Below, piece by piece: positions 8,272-18,688 of a stretch of 64,000 nucleotides of DNA. Origin of the DNA: Pirellulales bacterium (GTDB taxonomy: Bacteria; Planctomycetota; Planctomycetia; Pirellulales; PALSA-1355); the NCBI GenBank assembly GCA_963733035.1, contig CAVTBU010000006.1:352001-416000 (forward strand). The letters run 5' to 3'. How positions within the stretch are numbered: position 1 is the first letter of the stretch; each line of letters starts with the position of its first letter. The position numbers were made by a program, and so were the translations under genes. The notes under the pieces were generated by a model. It was not told where the DNA came from, did not search any database, and saw nothing but the letters and a program-made list of their open reading frames with translations.

Positions 8272-11088
8272 ATGTCCAATTCAATGCGGCAGGGTGTTCT
8301 GCCTGGAATGGATTCGGCCGACCCGTCGTCAGATGGGACGTCGAGCGAGGCATCGCCACCGAGTCCACCGGCGAGTCCCGAGCGCCTGCCCGCGCCCACG
8401 TCTCTTGCAGGTGAGACCGTGTGGGTCGTCGACGCGAACTCGCTGATATTTCAGGTATTCCACGCGATCCCGGAAATGACTAGCCCGCGGGGCGAACCAG
8501 TTTCGGCGGTTTACGGCTTCACGCGTGACATGCTTTACCTGCTGGAGCAAAAGAAACCGGACTACTTGTTTATTGCATTTGACGGGCCGGAGCGCACGTT
8601 TCGCCACGAAAAATACGAAGCCTACAAGGCGACGCGAAGTGAAATCCCGGTGGATCTGGCGCCGCAATTCGAACCCATTCGCCGCCTGCTGTCGGCGTTG
8701 AACTTGCCTGTTCTGGCGTGCGAAAGCTACGAGGCGGACGACTTGTTGGCCACGTTGGCCCACCAGGTAAACGAACTTGGAGGCGATTGCTATTTGGTCA
8801 CCGGAGACAAGGACGCGCGGCAACTCATCACCGAGCGGGTGAAAGTCTACAACATCCGTAGGGATCAGGTTTACGACGCGGCCGCACTAAAGGAAGACTG
8901 GGGCGTGCGGCCCGAGCAAGTCGTCGACTTTCAGTCGCTGGTTGGTGATAGCGTTGACAACGTGCCGGGCGTACCGCTAATCGGGCCCAAGATTGCCCGC
9001 GAGTATTTGCAGCAGTACGACACGCTGGACAATCTGCTCCAGCACGCCGAAGAGTTGCCCAAGGGTAAACGCCGAGATAATCTGATCAACCTCCGTGATC
9101 AGGCTCTGCTCAGCCGCGAACTCGTGCGTCTCGAACGGCACGTTCCCATCGAGATTGACTGGAACGATGCCCGGGTAAGCGGTGTGAATAGCGCTGCGTT
9201 GACGGAATTATTCAACGAGCTGGGCTTTCACAGCTTCGCTCAAAAGTTCGCCCAGCTGCCACAGCGAAAAACCAAGACTGAGTGGGCAGCCGAATACAAC
9301 TGCATTGATAGCCCGGAGCGACTTGCCTGGCTCGTCGAGCAATTGTCAGGTCAAGCGGCGATTTCCCTCGACACGGAGACAACGCATATCCATCCCCGCT
9401 TCGCCGAGATCGTCGGCTACTCGTTTGCCTGGAACGAAGGCGAGGCATACTACGTGCCGGTCAAAACGCCGTCAGGTGAGAGCCATCTCGATCCTGCGGC
9501 CACGCTCGAGGCCCTGCGCCCCGTGCTCGAGGACACAACCGTGGCCAAGGTTGGGCAAAACCTGAAGTACGACATGATCGTGCTTCGCTCGGCCGGAGTC
9601 TGCATGGCCGGCGCGCGGTTCGACAGCATGGTGGCCAGCTACCTGCTCGATGCGGGCGAACGCAATCACGGCCTCGACGAATTGGCCATGCGTTACCTCG
9701 ATCACAACACGATCAAGATTTCTGAACTCATCGGTACCGGACGAAATCAGAAGCGGATGGATGAAGTGCCCGTCGACATCATTACGCCCTATGCCGCTGA
9801 AGACGCCGATGTCGCCCTGCGGTTGCGCAGACCACTTGCCGAGCGACTGAACGAGGCGGAACTGGTGAAATTGTTTGACGAATTGGAAATGCCGCTAGTG
9901 GAAGTGCTGGTGGAGCTGGAATACAACGGCATCAAGATCGACTGCGATGTGTTGGCTCGGTTGAGCGGCGAGTACGGCGAGGTACTCGCCCGGGTCGAGC
10001 GCGAGATCTATGAGTTGGCAGGCCGTAAGTTCAACATCGGTTCGCCCAAACAATTGGCCGAGGTGTTGTTTGAGGAGCACAAATTGCCGATTCTCAAACG
10101 CACCAAGACGGGCGGCAGTACCGATGCCGACGTGCTGGAGGACTTGGCCCGCTTGCACCCCTTGCCGGCCAAGATTATCGAGTATCGGACGTATGCGAAA
10201 CTGAAGAGCACCTACGTCGACGCGCTGCCGCAACTCGTGCACCCGCAAACCGGGCGCGTGCATGCATCGTTCAATCAGGTTGTGGCAGCCACCGGGCGGC
10301 TGAGCTCGCACGATCCGAACTTGCAGAATATTCCGGTTCGCTCTCAACGCGGGCGGGAGATTCGCGCGGCGTTTCTGCCGGGATACAAAGGTTGGAAACT
10401 GTTGGCGGCCGACTACTCGCAGATCGAATTGCGTGTGCTGGCACACTTCTCCGGCGACCCGACGCTCTGCGCATCATTCCACAATGACGAGGACATTCAT
10501 GCCCGCGTGGCCAGCGAGGTTTACGGCGTGCCGCTGGAGGCGGTTACGAGCGACATGCGGCGCAGCGCAAAGGCCGTCAACTTTGGCGTGATTTACGGTC
10601 AAAGCCCGTTTGGATTGGCCAAATCGCTAAATATCGACAAGTCGGACGCGGCGGAATTTATTGATGCGTATTTTAAGCGATATCCGGGGGTCGATCGATT
10701 TCTGACCCAGATACTGGAAGCGTGCCCAAAGACTGGGTATGTTAGTACCATCCTCGGGCGAAGGCGTGCAATTCGCGGCATTCGTCGTGTCACGTCCCGC
10801 CAGCGAAACCTTCCGGAACGCACAGCGATCAACACGGTCATCCAGGGCTCGGCGGCCGATTTGATCAAGCTGGCAATGATCAACACTTACCGTCGATTGC
10901 GCCGTGAGCACCGCACTGCGCGGATGTTGCTGCAAATTCACGACGAACTTGTTTTTGAAGTCCCACCCGACGAGCTCGAGCCAGTCAGCCGCCTGGTTGT
11001 TGAAGAGATGTCAAGCGTCATGGAATTGGCCGTGCCGTTGAAAGTCGACTTGAAAATGGGAGACAACTGGGCGGATTGCCAGACGTAA
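8272..11088 (+). CDS. polA: DNA polymerase I (5'-3' exonuclease, 3'-5' exonuclease, polymerase)
   Basis: YEADD and GDSVDNVPGV; ExoI/II/III motifs DTETT, NLKYD, YAAED; TGRLSS.DPNLQNIP, DYSQIELR, KAVNFGVIYG, QIHDEL. Confidence 0.98.
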   Translation: MSNSMRQGVLPGMDSADPSSDGTSSEASPPSPPASPERLPAPTSLAGETVWVVDANSLIFQVFHAIPEMTSPRGEPVSAVYGFTRDMLYLLEQKKPDYLFIAFDGPERTFRHEKYEAYKATRSEIPVDLAPQFEPIRRLLSALNLPVLACESYEADDLLATLAHQVNELGGDCYLVTGDKDARQLITERVKVYNIRRDQVYDAAALKEDWGVRPEQVVDFQSLVGDSVDNVPGVPLIGPKIAREYLQQYDTLDNLLQHAEELPKGKRRDNLINLRDQALLSRELVRLERHVPIEIDWNDARVSGVNSAALTELFNELGFHSFAQKFAQLPQRKTKTEWAAEYNCIDSPERLAWLVEQLSGQAAISLDTETTHIHPRFAEIVGYSFAWNEGEAYYVPVKTPSGESHLDPAATLEALRPVLEDTTVAKVGQNLKYDMIVLRSAGVCMAGARFDSMVASYLLDAGERNHGLDELAMRYLDHNTIKISELIGTGRNQKRMDEVPVDIITPYAAEDADVALRLRRPLAERLNEAELVKLFDELEMPLVEVLVELEYNGIKIDCDVLARLSGEYGEVLARVEREIYELAGRKFNIGSPKQLAEVLFEEHKLPILKRTKTGGSTDADVLEDLARLHPLPAKIIEYRTYAKLKSTYVDALPQLVHPQTGRVHASFNQVVAATGRLSSHDPNLQNIPVRSQRGREIRAAFLPGYKGWKLLAADYSQIELRVLAHFSGDPTLCASFHNDEDIHARVASEVYGVPLEAVTSDMRRSAKAVNFGVIYGQSPFGLAKSLNIDKSDAAEFIDAYFKRYPGVDRFLTQILEACPKTGYVSTILGRRRAIRGIRRVTSRQRNLPERTAINTVIQGSAADLIKLAMINTYRRLRREHRTARMLLQIHDELVFEVPPDELEPVSRLVVEEMSSVMELAVPLKVDLKMGDNWADCQT

Positions 11089-11109
11089 GGGGTGCCGGAC
11101 GAGTAAAGT

Positions 11110-11778
11110 ATGAAATTGCCACAAGAACGCCCGCGCAAACGAATTCCACTAATCGGCGTGGCGGGTGGCATTGCCAGCGGAAAAAGCTTGATAACCGAAC
11201 AATTGCGGAACAAGGGTGCGGCAGTAATTGTGGCCGACATGGCCGCCCATCATGTCTTAAAATTGGAGAAGGTGAAAGCGGCTGCCCGCGAGCGGTGGGG
11301 AGAGGCAATTTTCGGCCCGGACGGCGAAATCGACCGGCCACGGCTAGGAAAAATTGTATTTGCCCCGCCCCCGGCGGGGCCCCCTGAGTTAAGATACCTG
11401 GAACAACTCGTCCACCCTCACGTTCGTCAAATCATTCGTCACGAGATCGACGAGTTAACTAGCCGGCCCCAAACACGCGCCATTGTGTTGGACGTACCGC
11501 TGTTGTTCGAATCAGGTTGGAACGAGTTTTGCGATAAGATCCTGTTTGTCGATGCCCCGCGCAATATGCGCGTCCGCCGCGCCGCCGAGCGGGGGTGGAC
11601 CGCCGAGGAGTTCGACCATCGAGAAGCCGCCCAGCAGCCGCTGGAGCGCAAGCGACAGTTGGCCGACGTGATGATCGACAACGCGGGCAGCAAAAAAGAG
11701 GCTGAAGTCCAGGTCGACCTGTTCTGGCAGTCCTTGACCGACGTCGATGACGAAGCTGAAAAACCCACGTCCAAATAG
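11110..11778 (+). CDS. coaE: Dephospho-CoA kinase
   Basis: GVAGGIASGKS, IDR..LG..VF, LEQLVHP, DVPLLFE; follows polA. Confidence 0.95.
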   Translation: MKLPQERPRKRIPLIGVAGGIASGKSLITEQLRNKGAAVIVADMAAHHVLKLEKVKAAARERWGEAIFGPDGEIDRPRLGKIVFAPPPAGPPELRYLEQLVHPHVRQIIRHEIDELTSRPQTRAIVLDVPLLFESGWNEFCDKILFVDAPRNMRVRRAAERGWTAEEFDHREAAQQPLERKRQLADVMIDNAGSKKEAEVQVDLFWQSLTDVDDEAEKPTSK

Positions 11779-11937
11779 CCCTTGCCGTAGCCAGTTCGTC
11801 TTCCACGAATCGCCGAATTTGACTCTACTGAACTCATCCCACGTCCGTTTTCACGGTCCGATCTTTCCGGAATCACTCCCAATACCCGCCGCTGACACCT
11901 TCCGCGTGTCGGCTAGATGACCTTTCAGGAGCTGACC

Positions 11938-13374
11938 ATGGCTGAAACTCGGAGCACTGGTGCTCGCAAAACAGCAGGGACCAAAACCCATATCCCGCCT
12001 CAGGACTTCGACGGCCGCGACGGCGAGCCGCTGAGCCTGGCCGAGGAATTGGCCGATGAAGCGGCCAGCCTGGGCGACGAAACCGATGATCGCTACGAAC
12101 AAATCAAACAGGGCGATATCCATATTGCCGAGCTGCAACGGATGACGATGCCGCAGTTGATCGAGCAGGCCCGCAAGGAAAACCTGGCGGAAATCACCGG
12201 CATCAAGAAACAGGACCTGATCTTCAAGATCCTCAAGGAGCGCGTAAAGCTCAACGGTCTGATGTTCGGCGAGGGGACGCTTGAAATCCTGCCGGACGGG
12301 TTTGGCTTCTTGCGCAGTCCCGACTATCACTATCTCTCTTGTCCGGACGATATTTACGTCTCGCCAAGCCAAATTCGCCGGTTCGGTCTGCGGACGGGAG
12401 CCACGGTTTCGGGTCAAATCCGACCGCCCAAGGAAAACGAGCGGTATTTTGCTTTGTTGCGAGTTGAGGCGATCAACTATCAGGATCCGAACCAGCTTTC
12501 CGAAAAGGTTTTCTTCGATGACCTCACGCCGCTGCATCCGGACAAGCGCGTCGTGCTGGAAACGACGCCCGAAGACGTCGCCATGCGTGTGGTTGATCTG
12601 ATCGTGCCGATCGGTTTCGGGCAGCGCGGTCTGATCGTCAGCCCGCCGCGTGCCGGCAAGACGATCCTGTTGCAAAAAATGGCCAAGAGCGTGCTCACGA
12701 ACCATCCGGAGTGCTACGTGATCATGCTGTTGATCGACGAGCGACCGGAAGAAGTGACCGACATGGAGCGCCAAGTGAAGGGCCCAAACTGTGAGGTCAT
12801 CAGTTCGACGTTCGACGAACCCGCCTCGCGGCACATTCAAGTGTCGGAAATGGTCATCGAAAAGGCCAAGCGGATGGTCGAGTATGGTTACGACGTGATC
12901 ATCTTCCTCGATTCGATTACACGGCTGGCCCGCGCCTGGAACTCGGAATGTCCGCATTCGGGCAAGATCCTTTCCGGAGGCGTCGACGCCAATGCGCTGC
13001 AGCGTCCGAAGCGGTTTTTTGGCTCGGCCCGCAAGGTGGAGGAAGGGGGCTCGCTGACGATCATTGCCACGGCCCTGATTGACACCGGCAGCAAGATGGA
13101 CGAGGTGATCTTCGAGGAGTTCAAAGGTACTGGCAACTTGGAAATCGTGCTGGATCGTCGGTTGGTGGACAAACGGATTTGGCCAGCCATTGACATCAGC
13201 CGTAGCGGTACGCGCCGCGAGGAGATGTTGATGGATCCGGAGGAATACCGCCGCATTAGTATCCTGCGCCGGGTGCTCAACGACATGAACGGGCCGGACG
13301 CGATGGAATTGCTGACCACGCGGCTCGCCAAGACCAAGACCAACGCCGAGTTCCTTATGAGCATGAAGTCGTAG
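11938..13374 (+). CDS. rho: Transcription termination factor Rho
   Basis: [63 protein letters not shown] before ATG 11938. Confidence 0.99.
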   Translation: MAETRSTGARKTAGTKTHIPPQDFDGRDGEPLSLAEELADEAASLGDETDDRYEQIKQGDIHIAELQRMTMPQLIEQARKENLAEITGIKKQDLIFKILKERVKLNGLMFGEGTLEILPDGFGFLRSPDYHYLSCPDDIYVSPSQIRRFGLRTGATVSGQIRPPKENERYFALLRVEAINYQDPNQLSEKVFFDDLTPLHPDKRVVLETTPEDVAMRVVDLIVPIGFGQRGLIVSPPRAGKTILLQKMAKSVLTNHPECYVIMLLIDERPEEVTDMERQVKGPNCEVISSTFDEPASRHIQVSEMVIEKAKRMVEYGYDVIIFLDSITRLARAWNSECPHSGKILSGGVDANALQRPKRFFGSARKVEEGGSLTIIATALIDTGSKMDEVIFEEFKGTGNLEIVLDRRLVDKRIWPAIDISRSGTRREEMLMDPEEYRRISILRRVLNDMNGPDAMELLTTRLAKTKTNAEFLMSMKS

Positions 13375-13473
13375 CGCTCGATTACTGTGCGAGACCGAGC
13401 GTTTGCAAGCCCCCGAACGACATTTTCGTTGTCGTTCCACTGGGCGCGAGTTCAAAGTCGCAAGTGGTGGCCC

Positions 13474-13944
13474 GTGGCACGCGTTTTTGAAGGTCGAGTG
13501 GGAGAAACGACCGCCGGTTCGCTGGCAGTAGTCGTTTCGCGCTATAACGAATCGATCACGCGAAACTTGCTTGCAGGCACCCTCGAAACGCTACGCGAAC
13601 ACAAAATTCTGGACGAAAACGTGGATGTCGCCTGGGTGCCCGGCGCCTGGGAGATTCCATTGGTGGCCGATCGTCTGGCCCGCAGCCAGCGCTATGTGGC
13701 CGTGATTTGCCTGGGCGCCGTTATTCGTGGCGAGACCACGCACGACCGGCACATCAACCGCGCGGTCAGTACGAGCTTGGCTGAGATCGGGTTGGCCACG
13801 AAGGTACCCGTGCTGTTTGGTCTATTGACTTGCGAAACGGTCGAACAGGCGATCCACCGGTCTGGCGGCAACGTAGGTAATAAAGGTCGGGAGTGTGCCC
13901 TGGCCGCCCTGGAAATGATCGATCTGTTAGCCAAATTGGACTAG
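13474..13944 (+). CDS. ribH: 6,7-dimethyl-8-ribityllumazine synthase
   Basis: VPGAWEIP, LGAVIRGETTH, GNKG.ECALAALEM; GTG start inferred. Confidence 0.96.
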   Translation: MARVFEGRVGETTAGSLAVVVSRYNESITRNLLAGTLETLREHKILDENVDVAWVPGAWEIPLVADRLARSQRYVAVICLGAVIRGETTHDRHINRAVSTSLAEIGLATKVPVLFGLLTCETVEQAIHRSGGNVGNKGRECALAALEMIDLLAKLD

Positions 13945-14028
13945 CAACGGTTGGGAACGTGACAATTGGTGCGTTTTGCGTACCGGTCGTTTTCGACACT
14001 GAGAGACACCCCGGAGTGAATTCGGTCC

Positions 14029-14436
14029 ATGACCCGTCGGACACGCGCCCGAGAAGTGGCGCTTCAGGTACTTTATCAGGATGATTTGAATCCCCGGCAC
14101 AATCCGGCCGACGCTGAGACGTTCGTCCGCGGCCGCTTGCAGGGAGACGAACTCGTCGAGTTTGCCGGCTCGCTGATTGCCGGGGTGCGCCGCAACCGTG
14201 GCGAGCTGGACGGTCTGTTGACACAAACGGCCGATCATTGGAGTTTGGAACGGATGGCCGCCACGGATCGCAACGTACTGCGGTTGGGGGCCTACGAGAT
14301 TCTGTACGCTGAAACCCCCGGCCGCGTGGCCATCAACGAAGCGGTGGAACTGGCCAAGCGATTTGGATCGCGGCAATCGGCCCAATTCGTCAACGGCATT
14401 CTCGACCGGTTGCTCGCCGGCCACGAAAAACAATAA
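14029..14436 (+). CDS. nusB: Transcription antitermination factor NusB
   Basis: RTRAREVALQVLY, WSLERM, INEAVELAKRFG, FVNGILD; follows ribH. Confidence 0.97.
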   Translation: MTRRTRAREVALQVLYQDDLNPRHNPADAETFVRGRLQGDELVEFAGSLIAGVRRNRGELDGLLTQTADHWSLERMAATDRNVLRLGAYEILYAETPGRVAINEAVELAKRFGSRQSAQFVNGILDRLLAGHEKQ

Positions 14437-14472
14437 TAGCGGCACGCGAGCATCAGGTCCGCGCGGGCAATT

Positions 14473-14502
14473 AGCCCCCGACTTCGTCGGGCGGCTTTTC
14501 TT
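14473..14502 (+). terminator. Possible intrinsic terminator between nusB and ftsY
   Basis: AGCCCCCGAC-TTC-GTCGGGCGGCT hairpin followed by TTTCTT. Confidence 0.35.
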
Positions 14503-14572
14503 GGGCAGGACGGTTTTTCGCTGTGGTGAACGCCGCACCCCGATTCTCGAACTAAAAGCCGTAGCAGCAATC

Positions 14573-15511
14573 ATGGGACTCTTCAGCAAGATCAAGCAGG
14601 GCTTGACCAAGACCAAGCAACTGCTCAATACGGATGTTCGCGACCTGTTCAAAAGCCAGGGACGGCTGATCGACGAGGAGTTCCTCGAAGAACTGATGGC
14701 CGTCCTGATCAAGACCGACATGGGCGTGCAGTCGGCCCAGGCCATCGTTGACGAAATCGGCACGAAGTTTCGGGCTCGCGTGATGCAAATGGAGGACGTG
14801 CTGGCCACCGTCAAGCAAAAGCTCAAAGAGCTGATGGCCCAGCCGGCAGAGCCGATTCGCTTCGCGGCCAGTGGACCAACGGTGATCATGGTGGCCGGAG
14901 TCAACGGGGCCGGCAAGACGACCTCCATCGCAAAGCTCACCCATCTTTTTAAATCGCAAGGCAGGTCCGTGGTGCTCGGCGCAGGCGACACCTTTCGAGC
15001 CGCGGCCGTTGAGCAGTTAACGATTTGGGCCGGTCGATTGGGAGCCGAGATCGTCAAGGGGGAGCAGGGTGCCGACCCGGCCAGCGTGGCACACAAGGCC
15101 GTGGCCCGGGCCGTCGAAACCGGTGCCGACGTGTGCATCGTGGACACCGCCGGGCGGCTGCAGACGCAGCAGAACCTAATGCAGCAACTCACGAAAATTC
15201 ACCGCGTGATTGGCAAGCAAATTCCCGAGGCCCCACACGAAGTGATCCTGGTGCTGGATGCCACGACCGGACAGAACGGAATCAGTCAGGCACGCCATTT
15301 TACCGATGCGGTAAAATGTACCGGCATTGTTCTGGCAAAGCTTGACGGTACGGCAAAAGGGGGCGTCGTAGTGGCGATCCGTCAAAACGTGGGACTTCCA
15401 GTCAAATATGTTGGTGTTGGCGAGCGACCGGAAGACTTAACCCTTTTCCTGCCTGATGATTTCGTCGACGCATTGTTCGACGATCTGCTGGAAACTCCCG
15501 GCGCGAAGTAG
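14573..15511 (+). CDS. ftsY: SRP receptor FtsY (NG domain only)
   Basis: GVNGAGKTT, DTFRAAA, DTAGRL, DATTGQN, KLDGTAKGG. Confidence 0.97.
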   Translation: MGLFSKIKQGLTKTKQLLNTDVRDLFKSQGRLIDEEFLEELMAVLIKTDMGVQSAQAIVDEIGTKFRARVMQMEDVLATVKQKLKELMAQPAEPIRFAASGPTVIMVAGVNGAGKTTSIAKLTHLFKSQGRSVVLGAGDTFRAAAVEQLTIWAGRLGAEIVKGEQGADPASVAHKAVARAVETGADVCIVDTAGRLQTQQNLMQQLTKIHRVIGKQIPEAPHEVILVLDATTGQNGISQARHFTDAVKCTGIVLAKLDGTAKGGVVVAIRQNVGLPVKYVGVGERPEDLTLFLPDDFVDALFDDLLETPGAK

Positions 15512-15871
15512 CCGCCGGTCCTGCGGTTTTCAGCCGAGACTCTTACCACTGGCGGCATGACGGTCCTGCCCAGCCGCCTTGGTCTCCGCGCTTCGTGACG
15601 GCTGGTCCATTGGCGCATGGCGAGGTGCACGGGCCTACTCTCAACGCAGCCGGCAAGCTTTTCCTATCCTCTTGGCGATACGCTATCTGCGGCCCGAGAA
15701 AGCGGCGTTTCTGGTCAATTCGCTTCGTTCGGCGGGTCGATAGCAGCTTTGCGGAGCCGAAGTGGAGACTAGGCGGCCATTCCCCCCCTCGCGCTGCCCG
15801 CTGAGAAATCGAAGCCCACCTGAGTGTTCCCAAAAACACTCGCACCCGTTTCAATGGATTGGAGAACGGAC

Positions 15872-17350
15872 ATGAAACTCTCGAAGTTGGCACTGGCCAG
15901 CGCCATCGCTGGCCTGCTGTCGGCCGGGACCGCCTACGCCCAGAGCGGAGTGGGGCAACCCTCTTCCGTGCAGCAGACAGCGTTTGAGTACAACAGCTAC
16001 TACGCTCAAGACTACGATGAGCGTGCTGGCGCCAAGGAACGCGGCATTGAAGGCGAAACCGACCCGATGGCTCTCCCGAGTCAACCGGATGTTTCCACCC
16101 CGGAAGCAGAAGAGAGCTTCGGCAACGGTGCCGGAACGCTCTTGAATCCGTGTTGCTGCCTCGGCGACGAATGGCGCATCTTTCAAAACGAATGCCTCGA
16201 CTGTCGCGGCATTACCGTGAACGGCTGGCTCGCGTGGAATCCATACACCTGGAACACCTCGAACCCGGCTGATCGCTTCAACGGCCCGGTCACCTGGACT
16301 GACCGTGCAAACGTCCCGACCGTGAACCAGCTCTATCTGTTCGCCGAAAAGGCGACGGACGGTACTGGTGGCTGGGACTTTGGTTGGCGCATCGACGGTA
16401 TGTACGGCACCGACGCCCGTTTCACGACGGCCTCGGGTTTGGAAACCCGCAGCTACTTCTCCTCGCCGAAGTGGAGCACGCAGCGGTTTTACGGTCCGGC
16501 GTTGCCGCAGTTCTACGTGGAAGGTGCCTACAATGACTTGAAAGTCAAAGTAGGACACTACTACGCACCGGTCGGATACGAAGTTGTGCCGACCACCGGC
16601 AACTTCTTCCCCAACCTACCTTATACCTTCCAATACGGCGAACCGTTTACGTTCACCGGCGTGCAGGCCACTTGGCAGTACTCCGAGAACGTGGCGATCG
16701 GCGGTGGTGCGATGCAAGGTTGGGACAACTTCGACAACTCCAATCCCAACACGGGTTTCAATATTACCTACGTCGAGAACTTCCAAGACGGTGCTTCGCT
16801 GGCCATTACTTCGGTGGCGAGCAATGAATTGACGCAAGCGGGAACCTACCGCAACCGCTATTTGCAAACGAACGTCTATAGCCGGCCGCTCACGCGGATC
16901 AGCGATCGTCTGAATTACGTCGCCCAGAGCGACTTTGGTTACCAGAACGACGCTTTGCTCAACGGTCATGACGCATACTGGTACGGCTTGAACCAATACC
17001 TGTTCTACAAGGTCAGCGACTGCATGACCTACGGTATCCGCGCCGAATGGTTCCGCGACCAGAACGGCTACCGTGTCGGCGGGTTCTTGGGACCAACGAC
17101 GGGCGCCCCGGGGGCTCCCCAGCGTGGTCTCTCGACCAGCCGCTACGGCTATGCCGGCAGCTTCTACGAGGTCACCATCGGTGCCAACTGGAAGTACAGT
17201 GCCAACACCACGGTTCGCCCCTATGTGCGATTCGACTGGTTCAGTGGCAGCACCGATCCGGCGGTCAACCCGACGAACCTGCGGCCCTTCGACGGTGGAT
17301 TTGGCAACAGCCAGACCCTCATCGGCGGCGACATCGTGACGATCTTCTAA
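15872..17350 (+). CDS. Outer-membrane beta-barrel protein (putative BBP2/OmpL-like porin)
   Basis: Signal peptide ending AYA, NQLYLF, YGTDARFT, GHYYAPVGYE, RAEWFRD, C-terminal F; GGAG RBS. Confidence 0.8.
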   Translation: MKLSKLALASAIAGLLSAGTAYAQSGVGQPSSVQQTAFEYNSYYAQDYDERAGAKERGIEGETDPMALPSQPDVSTPEAEESFGNGAGTLLNPCCCLGDEWRIFQNECLDCRGITVNGWLAWNPYTWNTSNPADRFNGPVTWTDRANVPTVNQLYLFAEKATDGTGGWDFGWRIDGMYGTDARFTTASGLETRSYFSSPKWSTQRFYGPALPQFYVEGAYNDLKVKVGHYYAPVGYEVVPTTGNFFPNLPYTFQYGEPFTFTGVQATWQYSENVAIGGGAMQGWDNFDNSNPNTGFNITYVENFQDGASLAITSVASNELTQAGTYRNRYLQTNVYSRPLTRISDRLNYVAQSDFGYQNDALLNGHDAYWYGLNQYLFYKVSDCMTYGIRAEWFRDQNGYRVGGFLGPTTGAPGAPQRGLSTSRYGYAGSFYEVTIGANWKYSANTTVRPYVRFDWFSGSTDPAVNPTNLRPFDGGFGNSQTLIGGDIVTIF

Positions 17351-17393
17351 GGGAAGATCACCGGCTCATTGTTCGAGAACTTTGCAGAAACGG

Positions 17394-17430
17394 AAAGCGG
17401 GGTGGCCGATCTTGGCCACCCCGCTTTTTT
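17394..17430. terminator. Intrinsic terminator, probably bidirectional
   Basis: AAAGCGGGGTGGCC-GATCTT-GGCCACCCCGCTTTTTT between convergent genes. Confidence 0.9.
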
Positions 17431-17472
17431 GTTGCGCTGTGAGAGGCTTGCGGCCTCGCTCGAATTGGCAAC

Positions 17473-17862
17473 TTAGTAGTTGCCATTGATTTTCGAGCCG
17501 GCCGAACGGAACCCGTAGGAGCCGATGATTTGCCGGTTGCGCACTGAATTGGGGAAGCCGCCGACGATTGGCGTGCCGAACATTCTGGCTGTGGCCGAAT
17601 TGCCTTCCGCTACGTTGCCATCCGTGTACGAGAAGCTGCGAGTGACACCAGGTTGGTAGTCAATCCACGCATTGCCGTTCCAGACCTTCCAGTTCTTTTG
17701 CTGTGGCATCCAGTACCACCACTGGCCATTGTAGTAGCGATAGTTTGGATCCTTTGCCGCCTGGGTCGTCTTGTTGTCCTTCGATTCATCGGCCCGGGTG
17801 GTGCTCAGGCACACAATCGAAGTCACAGCCACGAGGGCCAACAATACAAAGAGCTTACGCAT
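17473..17862 (-). CDS. Small secreted aromatic-rich hypothetical protein
   Basis: Signal peptide MRKLFVLLALVAV; AGGAG RBS; YRYYNGQWWYW..WKVWNGNAW. Confidence 0.8.
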   Translation of the reverse strand: MRKLFVLLALVAVTSIVCLSTTRADESKDNKTTQAAKDPNYRYYNGQWWYWMPQQKNWKVWNGNAWIDYQPGVTRSFSYTDGNVAEGNSATARMFGTPIVGGFPNSVRNRQIIGSYGFRSAGSKINGNY

Positions 17863-18494
17863 GGTCCCGTTCTCCTGGTTCAAAAGAGATGTCCGCCTTG
17901 GCGCCGATCTCAGCCGACGCTCAAACTTATAGAACCGATAGTGCCGGGAGCGACTTCAAGTTCCGGCCGTTTGCATTGCGATCGCCCGGCCGCCCCCGGA
18001 CATTCATCTACAATTGTAGGCCACCAGGACCGACAAGAAGACCGCTTGTGTCCCTTTTTTGGAAGCATGATTGTTCGAGATTTGGGCATTTTTTGGCCAC
18101 CGGTCTTGGATTTCCAGGTCGCGTCCGCACCCGCGAGCATCGTGACCTCGGTCCCTAAGGCACCCAGATGTTCCCGATAAAATGCCCAATGGCAGATGCA
18201 CGGTGTCAGTGCCCGAGTATCAAGCAAATCCCTACAAATCGGCTGAGTGTGCGACCGGCTGGCTAGCGGTCATGACTGCAAGTTAGGCAGATTCCGCGAT
18301 GCGCATCGGGTGCTACGATGCTTTGCCCAAAGGCAATGCGGTGTATGTCGCGCAGTTGGGCAGAGACGGGGACGCACGCGAGCAGCTAGACCGAATCAAC
18401 CGAGATGTTCCGCGATTCGGTTGTCAACGCAAGTCTTTTGCAATCAGAGAGATGGAGTGTTCGACGGCCTTTTTTCAGAGTGACTTGCAACTCC

Positions 18495-18510
18495 TGGCAC
18501 GGTGATTGCA
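18495..18510 (+). promoter_or_regulatory. Sigma-54 (-24/-12) promoter upstream of the P-II gene
   Basis: TGGCACGGTGATTGCA matches TGGCACG-N4-TTGCW exactly. Confidence 0.85.
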
Positions 18511-18612
18511 ATTCTCCCCTGCCGCACTTGCAACCGCGAGCGTCAACGGGACCTGTGAGCCGGTTTTGCAGCGGTCGCGAGCATTGACAAGACATCGGCG
18601 AAAACTTCGGCT

Positions 18613-18688
18613 CTTGCCTGGGCCAGAAGGATGCCCCTTTGGCTTGGGTAGGTATCCGCCTAACCTGCCCAAGCCAGGGGCCTTTTTT
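18613..18688 (+). terminator. Intrinsic terminator with an overlapping antiterminator arm, in the P-II leader
   Basis: Stem 18633-18653/18663-18681 followed by T6; segment 18613-18625 can pair with 18640-18652 instead. Confidence 0.75.

Noticed and set aside
11851..13455. Long antisense ORFs (534 aa opposite rho; also 13927-15192, 41753-42910, 53737-55095, 57318-58517, 61909-63117)
   Set aside because: Expected shadows of GC-rich codon usage opposite well-supported genes; no motifs.
18631..18651. uORF MPLWLG as an attenuator leader peptide
   Set aside because: AAGG abuts the ATG with no spacer, and there are no Gln or other nitrogen-related codon runs; not strictly excluded.
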